Source: Pirellulales bacterium
GTDB lineage: Bacteria; Planctomycetota; Planctomycetia; Pirellulales; JAICIG01
Assembly (NCBI GenBank): GCA_963786255.1
Contig: CAWAYY010000013.1
Location: 198,767-262,766 of the forward strand
DNA length: 64,000 nucleotides
Direction of reading: 5' to 3'
Positions 43,453 through 54,252 of this stretch are shown in pieces; position 1 is the first letter of the stretch; every line of letters starts with the position of its first letter. The position numbers and the translations under genes were made by a program. Below the pieces are notes generated by a model. It worked only from the letters and a program-made list of their open reading frames with translations, was not told the DNA's origin and made no database searches.

Positions 43453-44046
43453 CTATCGTTTTAGCTTGTCCAGCGCAAGATTCAGTTTCAGCACGTTGAC
43501 CCGCGGTTCTCCCAGCAGGCCGAGCTGACGCCCTTCGACGTGCTCTTCGATCAGCTTTCGTACGGAGCCTTCGTCGAGTTTTCTCGCCGCGGCTACCCGG
43601 CGCGCCTGGTAGAAGGCGCCCGCGGGGCTGACGTGCGGATCCAAGCCGCTGCCGGAGGCGGTCATCAAGTCGACGGGAATCGGCGCGTCGTTGTCGGGAT
43701 CGGCCTGGCGCAGCGCGTCGATCCGCGCCTTCGCGGCGGCGATCAAGGCCGGATTCAGCGGACCGAAATTGGAGCCGGACGAGCCGGTCAATTTCTCGGC
43801 ATTGAACGCCGTATACGGAACGGGCGAAGTGGCCGATAAGCGGCCCCAGAAGTAGCCCGGCTCGTCGAACGACTGACCGATCAGCTCCGAGCCGACGATC
43901 TGCGAGTCTTCCACGATCAGGCTGCCGCGGGCCTGCCGCGGGAAGAGCGTCTGTGCGACGCCTGTCACCAGCAACGGATAGGCGACGCCCGTCAGCAGCG
44001 TCAGCACGAGCAAACACATTACAGCGGAACGAATTTGGCGGATCAT
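43453..44046 (-). CDS. kdpC: K+-transporting ATPase subunit KdpC
   Basis: Start at internal ATG 44046 ([29 protein letters not shown]); the track start is 44121. [18 protein letters not shown] and [11 protein letters not shown] motifs. Confidence 0.85.
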   Translation of the reverse strand: MIRQIRSAVMCLLVLTLLTGVAYPLLVTGVAQTLFPRQARGSLIVEDSQIVGSELIGQSFDEPGYFWGRLSATSPVPYTAFNAEKLTGSSGSNFGPLNPALIAAAKARIDALRQADPDNDAPIPVDLMTASGSGLDPHVSPAGAFYQARRVAAARKLDEGSVRKLIEEHVEGRQLGLLGEPRVNVLKLNLALDKLKR

Positions 44047-44117
44047 GAGAGTTGCGAGTGGTGAGTTGGGAGTTGGCATTAGGGAGTGCAGCATTGCGGA
44101 ACTCGCAATGCAATTCT

Positions 44118-46190
44118 TCAAACCAGGTGAAACAACGCGAGGACAAGGTCGATCGCCTTGATGCCGACGAACGGCACGATCAACCCGCCCAGGCCGTAAA
44201 TCAGCAGGTTTTCCCGCAGCAGTTGTGCGGCGGGCACGGGCCGATAGCGCACGCCTTTCAACGCCAGCGGAATCAGGGCGATGATGATCAAGGCATTGAA
44301 GATCACGGCCGACATGATGGCGCTTTGCGGCGTGGCGAGCCGCATCACGTCGAGCGCTTTGAGTTCCGGGTAAATCGTGGCGAAGGCGGCGGGAATGATG
44401 GCAAAGTACTTGGCGACGTCGTTGGCGATGCTGAACGTGGTCAGCGCGCCGCGCGTCATCAGCAACTGCTTGCCGATCTGGACGATCTCCAACAGCTTGG
44501 TCGGGTTCGAGTCGAGATCGACCATATTGCCCGCTTCCTTGGCGGCCTGCGTGCCGCTGTTCATCGCCACCGCCACGTCGGCCTGGGCCAGCGCCGGCGC
44601 GTCGTTCGTGCCGTCGCCCGTCATCGCCACCAGCCGCCCGCCCGCCTGGTATTCGCGGATCAGGTTGAGCTTAGTCTCCGGCGTGGCCTCGGCCAGGAAG
44701 TCGTCGACTCCCGCTTCGGCCGCGATGGCGGCGGCGGTGAGCGGGTTGTCGCCGGTGATCATGATGGTCTTGATGCCGCCGCGGCGCAGTTCGGCGAACC
44801 GCTCCTTGATGCCCCCTTTGACAATGTCTTTGAGCTGCACCACGCCGAGCACGCGCGGCCCTTCGGCCACGACCAGCGGCGTGCCGCCCGAGCGGCTCAC
44901 GTTTTCGACGATCGCCTTCATGCCGGCCGGAAACTCGCCCCCCTGCGATGCGACGTAGCGCTGCACCGCATCGGCGGCGCCTTTGCGGATCTCGCGGTGG
45001 TCCAAGTCCACGCCGCTCATTCGCGTCTGCGCCGAGAACGGCACGAACGTGGCCCCGAGCGTATGGATGTCGCGGCCGCGGAGAGAAAACTCGCGCTTGG
45101 CCAGCACCACGATGCTGCGGCCTTCCGGCGTTTCATCCGCCAGCGAAGACAATTGCGCCGCGTCGGCCAGTTCCCGGGGCTCGACGCCTTCGGCGGGCAG
45201 GAAGGCGGCCGCTTGCCGATTACCGAGCGTGATGGTGCCCGTCTTGTCCAGCAGCACCACGTCCACGTCTCCCGCGGCTTCGACGGCCCGGCCCGACATG
45301 GCGATCACGTTGGCCGCACTCAGGCGGTGCATGCCGGCGATGCCGATCGCCGAAAGCAGGGCCCCGATGGTGGTGGGGATCAAACAGACCAGCAGCGCCG
45401 CCAGCACGGTTACGGTAATGGGACTTCCCTGTCCCGCCGCCTCGACGCCGAACATGGAAAAAGGCAGCAGCGTGGCCGTGGCCAGCAGAAAGATGATCGA
45501 CAACCCCGCGAGCAGAATGCTCAGGGCAATCTCGTTGGGCGTCCGCTGCCGCTTGGCGCTTTCGACCATGGCGATCATGCGATCCAGAAAGCTTTCGCCG
45601 GGCATCGTGGTAACGCGAACGAGCAGCCAGTCGGAGAGCACCTTGGTGCCTCCGGTGACCGAAGAGCGGTCGCCGCCGCTTTCGCGGATGACCGGCGCAC
45701 TTTCGCCCGTGATGGCGCTCTCGTTGACCGAGGCCACGCCCTCGATCACCTCGCCGTCGGCGGGAATCAGATCGCCCGCCTCGACCAGCACGACGTCGTT
45801 GAGCTTGAGTGCAGACGCCGGCGCTTCTTCATAAGCCGAATCGCGGCGAGGCTCGACAAGCAGCTTGGCGATGGTTTCCGTACGGCTCTGGCGCAGCGAT
45901 TCCGCCTGCGCCTTGCCGTGCCCCTCGGCCAGCGCTTCGGCAAAGTTGGCGAACAGCACCGTGAACCAGAGCCAGACCGAAACGGCCAGGGTGAACCCGG
46001 CCGGCGCCTCGCCTGATCCGCCGAGAGAGTGCAGCCACAGCACCAACGTCACGAGCCCGCCGACGAAGACGGTGAACATAACCGGGTTGCGCACCTGGAC
46101 GCGCGGAGAAAGCTTGCGAAACGATTCGATCACTGCGCGGCGGAAAATGGCCGCGTCGAACAGGGACGCTTGTTTGGAAGAAACCGTCAT
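44118..46190 (-). CDS. kdpB: K+-transporting P-type ATPase subunit KdpB
   Basis: Intact 690 aa with [27 protein letters not shown] and [12 protein letters not shown] motifs. Confidence 0.97.
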   Translation of the reverse strand: MTVSSKQASLFDAAIFRRAVIESFRKLSPRVQVRNPVMFTVFVGGLVTLVLWLHSLGGSGEAPAGFTLAVSVWLWFTVLFANFAEALAEGHGKAQAESLRQSRTETIAKLLVEPRRDSAYEEAPASALKLNDVVLVEAGDLIPADGEVIEGVASVNESAITGESAPVIRESGGDRSSVTGGTKVLSDWLLVRVTTMPGESFLDRMIAMVESAKRQRTPNEIALSILLAGLSIIFLLATATLLPFSMFGVEAAGQGSPITVTVLAALLVCLIPTTIGALLSAIGIAGMHRLSAANVIAMSGRAVEAAGDVDVVLLDKTGTITLGNRQAAAFLPAEGVEPRELADAAQLSSLADETPEGRSIVVLAKREFSLRGRDIHTLGATFVPFSAQTRMSGVDLDHREIRKGAADAVQRYVASQGGEFPAGMKAIVENVSRSGGTPLVVAEGPRVLGVVQLKDIVKGGIKERFAELRRGGIKTIMITGDNPLTAAAIAAEAGVDDFLAEATPETKLNLIREYQAGGRLVAMTGDGTNDAPALAQADVAVAMNSGTQAAKEAGNMVDLDSNPTKLLEIVQIGKQLLMTRGALTTFSIANDVAKYFAIIPAAFATIYPELKALDVMRLATPQSAIMSAVIFNALIIIALIPLALKGVRYRPVPAAQLLRENLLIYGLGGLIVPFVGIKAIDLVLALFHLV

Positions 46191-46221
46191 GTTTGTCGTG
46201 CCTTTTATTCGAAAGCGGCCG

Positions 46222-48022
46222 CTACTGAGCCGTCATGATGAGTTGTTCCGCGATCGGTCCCAGCGCCAAGGCCGGAATGAACGTCAAGGCGCCGACGAGA
46301 ATCACGACCGCGATCAGCAACGTGACGAACAGCGGCGTATGCGTCGGCATTGTGCCGGCGCCGACCGGCACGATCTTCTTTTTGGCCAGCGAGCCGGCAA
46401 TGGCCAAGGCGGGAACCATCACCCAGAACCGGGCGAACAGCATGGCCAGGCCCAGCATAGTGTTGTAGAAGGGCGTGTTGGCGCCCAAACCCGCAAAGGC
46501 ACTGCCGTTGTTGTTGCCGGCAGACGAGAAAGCGTACAGCACCTCGCTGAAGCCGTGCGTGCTCGGATTGAAGATCGTCGCCTTGCCTTGCGGAGTTACG
46601 ACCGCCACGGCCGTGCCGATCAGCACGGCGGCACAGGGAACCAGGATTCCGATCGCAGCCATCTTCATCTCGTAGGCTTCGATCTTCTTGCCCAGATATT
46701 CCGGCGTACGGCCGACCATCAGTCCGGCGATGAACACCGCCACAATCGCGAACAACAGCATGCCGTACAATCCGGAGCCGACTCCGCCAAAGATCACCTC
46801 GCCCAATTGCATCAGCCACATCGGCGCCGCGCCGGCCAGCGGCGTGTACGAATCGTGCATGGAGTTCACCGAGCCGTTGGAGGCGGCCGTGGTGGCCGTC
46901 GCCCAGAGCGCGGAATTGACCACGCCGAAGCGGGCTTCTTTGCCTTCCATGTTGCCGCCGGCTTGTTGACCGCTGGCGGCGAGATCGGCGCCGAGCTCGG
47001 CAAGCTGCGGCGTTCCACGCTGCTCCAGCAACATGCACGGGATGGTTAGCGCGACAAAGACGATCGTCATCGCGGCCAGCAGGGCCCAGCCTTGCCGCGT
47101 GTCGCCGACCATCGCGCCGAACGTGTGGCACAGCGCCGCCGAGATCAGCAAAATCGAAAGCATCTCCAGCAAGTTGGAAACCGGCGTGGGGTTCTCCAAC
47201 GGATGGGAGGAATTGACGTTGAAAAAACCGCCGCCGTTCGTGCCTAATTGCTTGATGGCAATCTGCGAAGCCGCGGGGCCCATCGGCAGCGTCTGCTCGG
47301 CGACCGACACGGTTTCCATGATCGGATTGTCGTCGGCGTCTTTGCGCCCGCCCGTCTTCGTCCAACTCAGGTTGCTCGTAGCTGGTCGCTTGCAGCAACG
47401 GAACGTTTTGATAGGGTGCGAACGTCTGCACGACCCCCTGCGAGACAAGTAGTAACGACAGCACGACCGAGAGCGGCAGCAGGATGTAAATCGTGGAGCG
47501 CACGAGGTCGACCCAGAAGTTGCCGATCGTGTCGATCGACGCCGGCTGAGGCCGCGAATAAGGGCTACAAGCACCGCCATGCCCGCGGCCGCCGAGACGA
47601 AGTTCTGCACGTTCAGGCCGAGCATCTGGGTGAGATCGCTCATCGTCGTTTCGCCGCCGTAGCCTTGCCAGTTCGTGTTGGTGGCGAAACTGACGGCCGT
47701 ATTGAAGGATGAATCGGGCGTGACCGGACCCAGCGCTTGCGGATTCAAAGGCAGCAAGGTCTGAAACCGTTGCAGCAAGTAGACGGCGACGAACCCAGCG
47801 GCGCTGAACCAGAGCATGGCGGCGGCGTAGCTCGTCCAGCGCATCTCTGCCAGCGGATCGATGCCGCAGAGGCGATAAATCAGCCGCTCGAACGGCGCAG
47901 CAGGCGCCGAGCCAGGTCGGGCGGCCTTCGTAGACGGCGGCCATGTAGGCGCCCAGCGGTTTGGCCAGCAGCATCAGCAGCACCAGGTACAAACCGAGTT
48001 GAAGCCAGCCGTTGGCGGTCAT
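46222..48022 (-). pseudogene. kdpA: KdpA, three frame breaks
   Basis: [33 protein letters not shown] (ATG 48022 overlaps the kdpF stop, ATGA). The body alternates between ORFs 46205-48040 and 46222-47844. Motifs [47 protein letters not shown]. Breaks near 47880, 47520 and 47330. Confidence 0.9.
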
Positions 48023-48111
48023 GAAAACTTCTCCGGCCAAAGCAAGGCCACGGTGAGATAAACGAACAGGGCGAGCGAAACGATCGTCGCCATCACGTGA
48101 ATCCAGTGCAT
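48019..48111 (-). CDS. kdpF: KdpF small subunit (30 aa)
   Basis: [30 protein letters not shown]. Single TM plus a PEKF tail. GGAGG sits 6 nt upstream. Stop overlaps the kdpA ATG. Confidence 0.75.
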   Translation of the reverse strand: MHWIHVMATIVSLALFVYLTVALLWPEKFS

Positions 48112-48122
48112 TGCCGACCTCC

Positions 48123-48203
48123 TTAGAGTCGATCGAACAAGTAGACGATTCCGCCTGTCGCCAGGAAGAATCCCAAGCCGAGCATTAAATACCATGCGTC
48201 CAT
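48123..48203 (-). CDS. unannotated 26-aa hydrophobic micro-ORF immediately upstream of kdpF
   Basis: [32 protein letters not shown] lies about 10 nt upstream. Stop is 11 nt before the kdpF ATG. A same-length homolog holds the same position in the second kdp operon (53608-53688). Confidence 0.4.
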   Translation of the reverse strand: MDAWYLMLGLGFFLATGGIVYLFDRL

Positions 48204-48376
48204 GAACGACGTGCTCCTGATCTGTTAACCGGCTCTTAATCGGGCCACACGGCCTGCGTTTTGTGCGACGCAAGCAGATTGGCAGCAGCGCACGGGCACA
48301 AACACCCATAGAGATTATGCGACTAGGTTCCCAATGCGTCACGAATTTGAGCGACTTGGGCATCAAGGTGGCGCTA

Positions 48377-48409
48377 ATTTTAGCTCTTGCCGCATTAAGA
48401 AAACATAAA
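48377..48409 (-). promoter_or_regulatory. candidate kdp promoter: direct repeat TTTATG-N5-TTAATG (OmpR/KdpE-type spacing) plus TAAAAT -10 box
   Basis: Minus strand reads TTTATGttttcTTAATGcggcaagagcTAAAAT. Half-sites at 48404-48409 and 48393-48398 (11-bp period), -10 at 48377-48382. About 170 nt upstream of the micro-ORF. Confidence 0.3.
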
Positions 48410-48961
48410 GAGCGGCCAAAACGACCTGCTAAATGTGGACAAAAACGTTGTCGTTAAGGTCGCTCGGCAACAATCGAGAAATCTTCGTCGCCCGTAAGCT
48501 GCGAGCTCGACTTGCGAAGGTGTGGGCTGCGCGCGGTTGCGTCTGTGGCCCGCATGCTTTCATCGCAATTCTCGTGCCGCCTGGCGCTGGCGGCGAGTCG
48601 GGGTTTCTCGTGCAGCCGCCCTCGGCACGAAGCGTTTCCTGTTGCCAAAGCCCGATGTTCTCGGCGCGCCGACATGCCCGATTGGGAGGCTCAGGCGCGA
48701 ACGAGTCGCATTCTTGGCGGCCTGCGCATCGCACGGGCGCCGCTTGCCGGCGCCGCCAGCTCCGGCTTCTCCCTTGGCGGCTGGGTTGGCCGAGCGGCGG
48801 GCCGCAAGCAGCATCGGGCAAGAAATAGAGTCGCACGAAAGCTCGGCCGCGCAGGGTGCGGAGCGTAGTTCAAGCATGGGACGCGCGGCATTTTTGGAAG
48901 ATGACGAGCTTATCGGCATTTGCGATTGCGCGGTTTACTTCATCCTTGTCGTCCACGACGA

Positions 48962-49616
48962 TTAAGCGAATGGCTGCCATTCTGCGTGTGAACTGAGGGG
49001 AGTTATCCCGCACGTACTCGAAAACGAGTGCGCGACCAGGCGGTCAGAGGCCTGGGGCGGGCTGCTCGACCGAATCATCGAGGCCACGTTAAGTTCGAGC
49101 ACGTTGATCAGGGGCTCTCCGCCGAAGGCGATGAGCGTGGGAGCGTCGGCGTGCTCGTGGACGAGCGCTTTCACGGTTTCCGCCGACAAGTTACGAGCGT
49201 CCGCTACGCGAGCGACTTGAAACATCGCAGCCGCTAGCGAAATGTGGGGGTCCATCCCGCAGCCGGAGGCCGAGACAAGATCGGCCGGAACGAGTTGGCC
49301 CGTCGGGCTTTAGGCGCCGATGATTTGCTGCGCCCGATCGGTAATCTGGGATTCGCGGGCGACAAATTGCTGCCGCCCGTGGCACTTGCATTGTAGTCGC
49401 AGGCCGAGGGCCGCGGCCAGAAGTAGTCCGGCCGCGTAAAGTTCTGCGCGAGCAGCCGCGAGCCGACGATCGTTCCGTCTTCCGCCGGATCAGGCTTCCC
49501 TGTCGCGACTGCGGCGCGGCCACGGCGGCGAAACCCAGAATGACGGCCGAATAGGCCGCCGAGCAGACCAGCAGGCTCAATAAGAACAGTCGCAATGAAG
49601 TGATGATGTCACTCAT
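48962..49616 (-). pseudogene. kdpC: second-copy KdpC, at least 2 frame breaks
   Basis: MSDIITSLRLFLLSLLVCSAAYSAVILG (ATG 49616). C-terminal DPHISLAAAMFQVARVADARNLSAETVKALVHEH...GEPLINVLELNVA in ORF 48962-49255. The middle is in other frames. Confidence 0.75.
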
Positions 49617-51758
49617 GTTCAATTCTTTTTCTCACCCCGGGGCCAAAGGCTATGCCAATCCGAGGCCCGATCAGGATCAGGTCGATCAGCTTGATTCCGA
49701 CAAACGGCACGACCAGATCCGCCCAAGCCGTAGATCAGCAGGTTCCGCCGCAGCAAAGCGTCGGCTCCCGACGGCCCGGTAGCGCACGCCCCGGATGGCG
49801 ATCGGAATCAGGCAGGGGATCACGATGGCATTGAAGATCACGGCCGACAGGATGGCGACTCTGCGGCGTGGCCAGCCGCATGATGTTCAGCACCGCCAGC
49901 TGCGGCAGCGCGACCATGAAGATCGCCGGGATGATCGCGAAGTACTTGGCGACGTCGTTGGCGATGCTGAACGTGGTCAGCGCGCCGCGCGTCATCAGCA
50001 TCTGCTTGCCGACCGAGACGACGTCGATGAGCTTGGTGGGATTCGAATCGAGGTCGACCATGTTGCCGGCTTCCTTGGCGGCCTGCGTCCCGGTGTTCAT
50101 CGCCACGGCCACGTCGGCTTGGGCCAGCGCGGGGGCGTCGTTCGTGCCGTCGCCGGTCATGGCCACCAGGTGCCCGTCTTTCTGGTACTTGCCGGATCAG
50201 TTCGAGCTTCGCCTCGGGCGTGGCCTCGGCCAGGAAGTCATCGACGCCGGCCTCCGCGGCGATCGCGGCGGCGGTCTTGGGGTTGTCGCCGGTGATCATC
50301 ACCGTCTTGATCCCCATGCGTCGCAGCTCGGCGAAGCGTTCCTTGATGCCGCCCTTGACGATGTCTTTCAGGTACACCGTCCCCAGCACGCGCTTGTTCT
50401 CGGCCACGACCAGCGGCGTGCCGCCTGCGCGGGCGATCGCGTCCACGTCGCGTGCGACTTGCTCGGGAAACTCGCCGCCCTGCTCGTCGACGAACTGCTC
50501 GGATCGCGTCGGCCGCCCCTTTGCGGATCTGGCGGCCGTCGAGGTTGATCCCGCTCATTCGCGTGCGGGCGGTGAAGTGGACAAACTCGGCCTGCGTTGC
50601 TTCCAGCTCCCGGCCGCGGATGTTGAACTGCTCTTTGGCCAGCACGACGATGCTGCGGCCCTCGGGCGTTTCGTCGGCCAGCGAGGCGAGTTGGGCCGCA
50701 TCGGCCAGTTGCCGTTCCTCGACGCCCGGCGCGGGCCGGAATTCGGCTCGCCTGGCGATTCCCGAGCGTGATCGTGCCGGTCTTGTCCAGCAGCAGCACG
50801 TCCACGTCGCCGGCCGCCTCGACCGCCCGGCCGGACATGGCCATCACGTTGGCCTGGCTCGAGCCGCGCCATGCCGGCGATGCCGATCGCGGCCAGCAAG
50901 GCGCCGATCGTCGTCGGAATCAGGCAGACCAGCAGCGCCACCAGCGTCGGCACGTCGATCGTCACATCGAAGTACTGCGGCGATGGGATAAAGCGTCGAC
51001 GCAGACCATCAGGAAGACGAGCGTGAAGCCGGCCAGCACGATCGTCAGCGCGATTTCGTTGGGCGTCTTTTGCCGCTCGGCTCCTTCGACCATGGCGATC
51101 ATGCGATCCAGGAAGCTCTCGCCGGGTCTGGCCGTGACGCGAATCACCAGATGATCGGAGAGCACGCGCGTGCCGCCCGTGACGGCCGTGCGGTCGCCGC
51201 CGCTTTCGCGAATCACCGGGGCGCTCTCGCCGGTGATCGGCTGATTCGTCGACCGAGGCGACGCCCTCGATGACTTCGCCATCGGCCGGGATGATTTCTC
51301 GCCGGCTTCCACGCGCACGACGTCGCCGTCTTGCAACTCGCGACGCCGGCACGTCTTCGCCACTGGCTCTGCTCTTGGTCGACGAACCGATGGGCCGTCA
51401 CGTCCTGCCGGGCCTTGCGCAGGCTGGCCGCCTGGCGCGCCCCGCGCCTCGGCCACGGCCTCGGCGAAGTTCGCAAACCAGACCGTCAGCCACAGCCAGC
51501 ACGGAGACGGCGAGGAAGTAGCCGGTGCCTTCGCTGCCGGAGACGGCCGCCGAGAGCGTGACCAACGTGGTCAGCATGGCTCCCAGCTCGGCGACGAACA
51601 TCACCGGGTTGCGGGCCATCGATCCGCGGGTTCGAGCATCTTGACGGCCTGCGCCGATCGACGGCAGCAGCATGTCCGGCGGTGAAAAGCGACTTCTCGC
51701 TTGCGAGAGCGATCGCGCCACTCCGGAGATCGGATCTGAACACGCCGTGTCGAGTCAT
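49609..51758 (-). pseudogene. kdpB: second-copy KdpB, at least 8 frame breaks
   Basis: Motifs are scattered over 8 or more overlapping ORF fragments: NPVMFVAELG (51398-51721), [13 protein letters not shown] (50368-50847), [28 protein letters not shown] (49838-50446), [44 protein letters not shown] (49735-50166). Confidence 0.85.
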
Positions 51759-51807
51759 TGGCATTGACGTCCTTACTGATGCATTCGTTGAGATTTGACC
51801 CCTCGAA

Positions 51808-53489
51808 TCACCGCATGCTGAGGTGTTCGGCGATCGGACCCAGCATCGCCAGCGGCAGGAACAGCAGCGCGCCGACGATCAGGACCGTTCCCAGCAGGAC
51901 GACGCCGAACAGCAGCGTGTCGGTGCGGAACGTGCCGGCCGGTCTCCGGCGTGGCCCGCTTGGCGGCCAACGAGCCGGCAATGGCCAGCGGCGCGATGAT
52001 GGGAATGAACCGAGCCAGCAACATGATCGACGCCCGTGGCGATGTTCCACGGCACGGTGTTGTCTCCCAGACCCTCGAAGCCCGAGCCGTTGTTGGCCGC
52101 CGCCGAGCTGAACTCGTAGACGATTTCGCTCAAGCCGTGGCTGCCCGGGTTGTGGAGCGTGTCCAGGCCCCACGCCGTGACTGCGAACAGGGCCGTCCCG
52201 CCCAGGATGAACAGCGGATGCGCCAGCAGCGCGATCAGCGCCAGCTTCATTTCCTTGGTTTCGACCTTGCGCGTCGAGATATTCCGGCGTGCGGCCGACC
52301 ATCATGCCCGCCAGGAACACGGCGGTAATCGATGAACAGGAACATGTTGATCAGCCCGACGCCGACGCCGCCGAAGACGACGTTCAGCCACATGCCGGCC
52401 ATCGGCACGAGGCCGGTGAGCGGATTGAGGCTGTCGTGCATGGCGTTCGACGGTGCCGTTGCTGGTCGAAGTCGTCGAACGGCCCAGGTGGCGCCGGCGG
52501 TCGGGCCGAATCGCAGCTCCTTGCCTTCGAGGTTCATCGATTGCTCGACCGGCAGCTCGGCCAAGGCGGCCGTCGGCTGCGTTTCAAGCAAACAAGCCGG
52601 CGACGACGAAACCCAGGTAGAGCGCCAGCATCACGCCGAAGACGACCGCGGCGTGCCTGAGCCGACCGGTGATGCGGCCGAACATCCAGACCGTGGCCAT
52701 CGGAATGAGCAGGATCGCCATGTTGCGAGAGCACATTCGACCAGAACGTCGGATTCTCGAACGGATGCGTGCAGTTGGGCCCGAAGAAGCCGCCGCCGTT
52801 GGTGCCCAATTGCTTGATCGCGACGAAGGCCGCCACCGGGCCGCGGGCGATCGTCTGCGTCGCGCCTTCCAGCGTCGTGGCGACCGCCGCGCCGTCGAGC
52901 GTCATCGGCACGCCGCAAAAGACCAGCAGCGACGGCCCAGACGAGCGCCAGCGGCAGCAGGATCAAGCCCGGTCGCCCGCCACACGTCTTGATAGAAGTT
53001 GCCCAAGTTTGTGCGGCCGGCCAGTCCGCGGCACAGTCGCCGTGACGGCCGCGATGCCCGGTCGCCGCGCTGACGAATTGCAGCCACATCAGTGCAAACA
53101 GCTGCGAGAAGTAGCTCAGCGACACTTCGCCCGAGTAGTGCTGCAAGTTCGTGTTGCTGGTGAAGCTGGCCGCGGTATTGAAGGCCAGACTCGGTTCGAG
53201 CGGCCCTTTGCCATCCGGATTGAGCGGCAGCCACTGCTGGGTCGTCAGGACCGCGATACACGAAGACGAACATCAGCACATTGAATGCGCAACATCGAGA
53301 CGCAGTACTGTTTCCAGTCTTGCCCGCTCGCCGCCCGCTGTCCTAGGATTCTGGTGATGATCGACTCATATCGCTGTCGATTCGGCCCCGCCGATCGGGA
53401 TCCATTGCCCACTTCATGTAACGACCTAGCGGCCACGACAGCGCGACCGTCGCTCCGATAGTGATCGCAGGAATCAGAAAGCCGACCAT
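51808..53489 (-). pseudogene. kdpA: second-copy KdpA (divergent paralog), at least 8 frame breaks
   Basis: MVGFLIPAITIGATVALSWPLGRYMKW (ATG 53489). [24 protein letters not shown] (ORF 52534-52911), [14 protein letters not shown] (51879-52250), MVGRTPEYL. Terminus [11 protein letters not shown] at 51808. Confidence 0.8.
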
Positions 53490-53504
53490 TGAAATAATCC
53501 TTGC

Positions 53505-53597
53505 TTAAAATCGCTCTGGTCTCGCCATCACGTAGCCCAAGTACGCGAAGGCGAAGACGGTCGTCAAAATCACGCACGCATTCACAACGATGTCCAT
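53505..53597 (-). CDS. kdpF: second-copy KdpF (30 aa)
   Basis: MDIVVNACVILTTVFAFAYLGYVMARPERF*. GGAGAG upstream. 15 nt before the kdpA' ATG, with AAGGA between them. Confidence 0.65.
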   Translation of the reverse strand: MDIVVNACVILTTVFAFAYLGYVMARPERF

Positions 53598-53607
53598 CGA
53601 TCTCTCC

Positions 53608-53688
53608 TTACAGCCAGTCGCAGGCGAAGACGAAACCATACATCGCCGCAAACGCGGCTAAGCCGAGTAATAACATCAAAAGCCACAT
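53608..53688 (-). CDS. 26-aa hydrophobic micro-ORF upstream of second-copy kdpF (homolog of 48123-48203)
   Basis: MWLLMLLLGLAAFAAMYGFVFACDWL*. GGGAGA lies 8 nt upstream. Stop is 10 nt before the kdpF' ATG. 11/26 identical to the operon-1 peptide, same length and position. Confidence 0.4.
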   Translation of the reverse strand: MWLLMLLLGLAAFAAMYGFVFACDWL

Positions 53689-54034
53689 TATGGAGTCTCC
53701 CAAAAATTCAAGAGCGGTCAGCTTACTGCGCCGATCTCCCAGTGAAACAAATCCCGCGTCAAGACGACGTCAAGTTCGCCTCGCGACGGATCAATAAAGC
53801 GTTAAGATGCAAATCCTGGCTTTCGGAGGCTGCGAGCGATCAGATTAGCCGCAATCGGTCGAGTCGGCAGACGCACCACCGTCAGCAATAGGCATGCCAA
53901 TGATTGCGACTCAGACCTCGACCTGGCTTTCCGGGGCGGCGTTACCCGAGTTCCAGCCTCTCTCGTGACGAATCGTGTCTTGGCGGGCGGCCCACGGTCA
54001 CGAGACCATTGGACGTGACCGGCGAGTTCTCACA

Positions 54035-54163
54035 TCAGCGTACGCCCAATCGCTCGCTTTGTGCGTCGTCGATGCATCGAGCCACTGCCGACCTATAGGG
54101 TCCAGGCAGGATGGCGAGCAGCGCGAGATGTTGACTGAGTCGAGACCGGCCAGTGGCAGTCAT
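54035..54163 (-). pseudogene. kdpA: 5' relic of a third kdpA
   Basis: ATG overlaps the orphan kdpF stop (ATGA), as in operon 1. MTATGRSRLSQHLALLAILPGP versus operon-1 [22 protein letters not shown] (10/22 identical). Homology is lost after about 25 codons. Confidence 0.5.
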
Positions 54164-54252
54164 GGAGATTTCTCCGGCCGAAGCAACGCGACCGTTACAT
54201 AAACAAGCAGGCTGACGGAAACGATCGTCGCCAGCAGGTGAATCCAACTCAT
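54160..54252 (-). CDS. kdpF: orphan third KdpF-like ORF (30 aa)
   Basis: MSWIHLLATIVSVSLLVYVTVALLRPEKSP*, 20/30 identical to operon-1 KdpF. AAGGAGA lies 6 nt upstream. The surrounding ~115 nt are about three-quarters identical to 48013-48130 by eye. Confidence 0.55.
   Translation of the reverse strand: MSWIHLLATIVSVSLLVYVTVALLRPEKSP

Noticed and set aside
44052-46016. 654-aa ORF on the plus strand
   Set aside because: It lies exactly antisense to the intact, motif-rich kdpB gene. The product is Arg/Gly/Asp/His-rich low complexity with no motif. This is a typical shadow ORF of GC-rich DNA.
48429-48965. Several 60-150-aa ORFs on both strands between the two kdp operons, plus a 36-codon ORF (48870-48980, MAAIRLIVVDDKDEVNRAIANADKLVIFQ...) whose start resembles a receiver-domain N-terminus
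   Set aside because: The longer ORFs are mutually overlapping Arg/Ala-rich shadows. The receiver-like resemblance covers only about 12 residues, lacks the following receiver motifs, and overlaps the kdpC' 3' end.
53700-54160. Long leader upstream of kdp operon 2, inspected for a c-di-AMP (ydaO/kimA-type) riboswitch, which controls kdp genes in some phyla
   Set aside because: I could not find the characteristic pseudo-twofold ACGGGG/CCCG conserved blocks on either strand. A covariance-model scan would be needed to exclude it formally.
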